A DNA stretch of 64,000 bases, from positions 27,094,001-27,158,000 of the forward strand of contig OZ116698.1 of NCBI GenBank assembly GCA_964199315.1, in the 5' to 3' direction. This DNA comes from Orbicella franksi. Taxonomy: Eukaryota. Shown here piece after piece: positions 61,499 through 64,000 of this stretch. A model generated the notes under the pieces. The model was not told where the DNA came from and did no database searches. It worked only from the letters and a program-made list of their open reading frames with translations. The position numbers and the translations under genes are program-made. Each line of letters opens with the position of its first letter. The stretch's first letter is position 1.

Positions 61499-62920
61499 TC
61501 ACATTTTGCCGAACCAATACTGGGTAGTGGAATCATTTCCTGCAGAGCAACGAAAGGCCGGATTTGGAGTTCTGTAATAACCAAAATTATGCTCACCAGC
61601 TATTCCCCCGTTAGGTGACCCATAAAAGTTACATAATCCTTGTCCAGGAGGAAAATAGCTCAATACATACGATGCTCTGTATTTGAAGACAACCGTCCGA
61701 GCATGGCGATTCATACACTGATTCCCTCTTGTGTTGATGAACTCATAAGTAACGCTTGCATGATGTGATGGACGTCGGCGGCTCTTCTTTCGTTTGCCTC
61801 ATTACGTATTAGATAAATTCCATTCGCGTGACTTCCAGATAGTAAGATGTCGTGACATGATCTCTGCGCTTCCTGACATTTGTGGCCGGTATAGCCAGGC
61901 GGGCATGCCCACTTGAATCTTTTAGCTCTGATGTCACACACTACACTACAAGCGCCGCCATTTTCACACGGAGTTGATTGACAGCATCCGTTGTGACATG
62001 AGTCACTTGAACAGATCTTCCAGGGAGGCTGAAAAAAAGTAATTCCTCTCATTCGTGAATTAGAAGAGATTTGATCTATTTGATTATTCTTTAAACAAAT
62101 TCTTTAATCAATTTAATTTGCCCTGCTACGCTTTGTTTAAATTTACAATCAATTTGTTTTGTACTTGCTCGAAGAAAATATTGGGTGCTTTTCTCTAGCT
62201 GTTTAAAGTTTAGTTGAGCCTTGTGTTGTGTTCTTGATCAAAGCACGTTACTCTCACAGTACCTACCTCCACACAGATAAACCTGTGGTTGCCTGGCATC
62301 CCTTTCAAGGGGGTTGGGGAGGGGAGTAAATACTCTTTCTTAATTCTACTGAAACCGGGATAAGCCCCTGCGATATGGGATACTTTGGTCCGGTGCAGAC
62401 TTTGCATACCAAAGTTTTCGACGGGAAAGCACTTTCCAACATTTTCGTACTATTTTTGGCACTGGCAGATCAGCATTGCACTGTAAAGTGTATCTAACCA
62501 AAAAGTAGTTGAATATTGCCCTTCGTTTAGCTAGAACCTGAGAACCGTTTCTTTGTTATAGAAATCTAAATTTACCTTTGTGAGGTAGCTCCGAACCATC
62601 TCAATATACGTCCAGCCTATTGTCCGTTTTATTGAATCAGGATCTGTGTACGAGGCAGCCCCGTTTAGTTGACAGTTTGGTTCAACTCCGCTGTCGCTTT
62701 TAAAGTTGAATGATAGACACTGGCAGTTAACAGAACATCTCGTAAAGCAGCCATAATGGTCGGATGAAGAGTGTTCAGAGAGAAGATGGCCTTGTAGAGA
62801 ATAGTTCCATTTCATACGCATTTCGTCTTGTCCATGTGGGAAATCCATTTTTTCGCAGTTGTCGTCCTCCAGGCATTGTGCCGATACAGACGTGATGAAG
62901 AGAACGATTATCAGTGCCAT
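61499..62920 (-). pseudogene. Signal peptide-PAN/apple-EGF-fibrinogen-related-like gene, probably pseudogenised (exon 62920-62576; exon from 62028)
   Basis: MALIIVLFITSVSA then PAN-like CFTRCSVNCQCLSFNF...CQLN. Donor AAG|GTAAAT and acceptor ttttttcag|CCT, both phase 0. EGF with Cys>Trp (KWAC). The C-terminal domain is internally shortened and frameshifted, ending EHNFGYY...FRCS...STTQYWFG. Confidence 0.7.
62215..62410 (+). mobile_element. Degenerate, 5'-truncated SINE of the same family as 6632-6930
   Basis: Shares ttgtgttgtgttc, actctcacagt, ggggagta.aatactc, gaaaccgggataagc and gcagacttt. Confidence 0.65.
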
Positions 62921-64000
62921 TTCGAGGTGTTCACTTTGTTTCAAAATCTTCGAATGCTGTATATGCGTTGGTCCGGAAGGTGCGTTCAAAGGCGCTGGCT
63001 TTTGCATGACTTTTTCTCGTTTTCTACACAATTACAGCTTGTTTGAAATCATAACAGTGTGTTGCCATGGAGAGGGAGAATTGAGAATTTATTTATTTTC
63101 CCATCAGGGCATAGCAGACTTATTGATTTTACCTGAAGTGCGAGCGTTAACTTCTAATGAGAGAAATACCCTCCTTAAAAGTCAAGAAGGTGTATTATTA
63201 GTAATTATGTTCGTTAACATTTGTTCCCAATCTGCGCAAAAAGCTAATTGAAAGTGTTTCTCATATATGTTTACAAATCGTGTTGACTTATCCACAAAAA
63301 TGTGTTTAATTTGCTGTAGTGGAGGTATAAATTATTAAGGTGCACAAGTCGCTGTATCATTACATTGTTTTAACTTCCTCTCAAGTGGACAATTCTTAAA
63401 TGAGAAGCCGACAATTAAGTTGTCTTTCCGTCGTCAGGGTGATGAAAAGCACCACATTTTGATTAAAGTAAACAAGAAAAAACGTAATTGTTTATTTAAA
63501 AACACGTGGGGCTTGATGCAGCCTAGGAAAAATGAGTAGACAATAGCCATGTATGGAGCATTCATCTTCAACCAACAAAATACCAACAGCGCTACTGAGA
63601 CATACATCATTTAAAACTGAGGAAAAGTTCTCAAAACAGCATGAAAAGAGAAATTACGAAGAACTCTTCACAGTTGGATTCTTTACAATAAATACCAGCT
63701 GGCGATTTCCACAGAGGTATTTTTGACGATACACAAGATGACTGATTTTTAACCAAGGGAATATTCTTCTGCCCTTGCTTAAAAAGAATTAAAATCAAGA
63801 CAGCTCTACATGTCCAAATGTTAAAAAATTAAAACCGACAGTATGGAACAGGAGCCTTCACTTGGTAAAGCTCAGAAGTTTCTGTGAAACAATTTGTTCG
63901 AAGCTACCTTGTACCGTCCGGTCGCATTAAATTCTAATAAAGGATCGCTCAATTCCTTGAAGTGGGACATGTTGCGCGTTTATCAAAGCTTTGCTGGCGG

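Noticed and set aside
62859-63251. 130-aa + strand ORF as a continuation of the TSR gene
   Set aside because: It is antisense to the PAN exon, with no Sushi or EGF pattern and no clear phase-1 acceptor.

Overview
Eukaryotic, intron-containing, AT-rich DNA. It is most likely a scleractinian coral; this is an inference from the repeat types and gene families. Left end: the 3' part of a cadherin-EGF single-pass receptor with an NPxY-rich tail (826-~4062), then repeats, including a rearranged Merlin DNA transposon (7343-10252). Centre (11.8-53.7 kb): 14 same-strand (+) paralogous cassettes, 9 intact and 5 disabled. Each encodes a signal peptide, a Trp/poly-Arg stretch and two thrombospondin type-1 repeats (TSRs). 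In 12 of 14 the apparent stop codon sits inside a phase-2 splice donor (GT|GTAAGT or GT|GTGAGT). Downstream (57100-60458) are six spliceable exons encoding six more TSRs, an EGF domain and a possible Sushi start. They begin with a phase-2 acceptor, and I could find no first exon of their own. The simplest reading is a clustered-protocadherin/UGT1A-like locus of variable first exons plus one constant region, where each variable exon could also give a short secreted protein if left unspliced. This needs transcript evidence. Also present: Penelope-like remnants with hammerhead ribozyme motifs, a decayed BEL/Pao element, SINEs, MITEs and an antisense PAN-EGF pseudogene at the right end.
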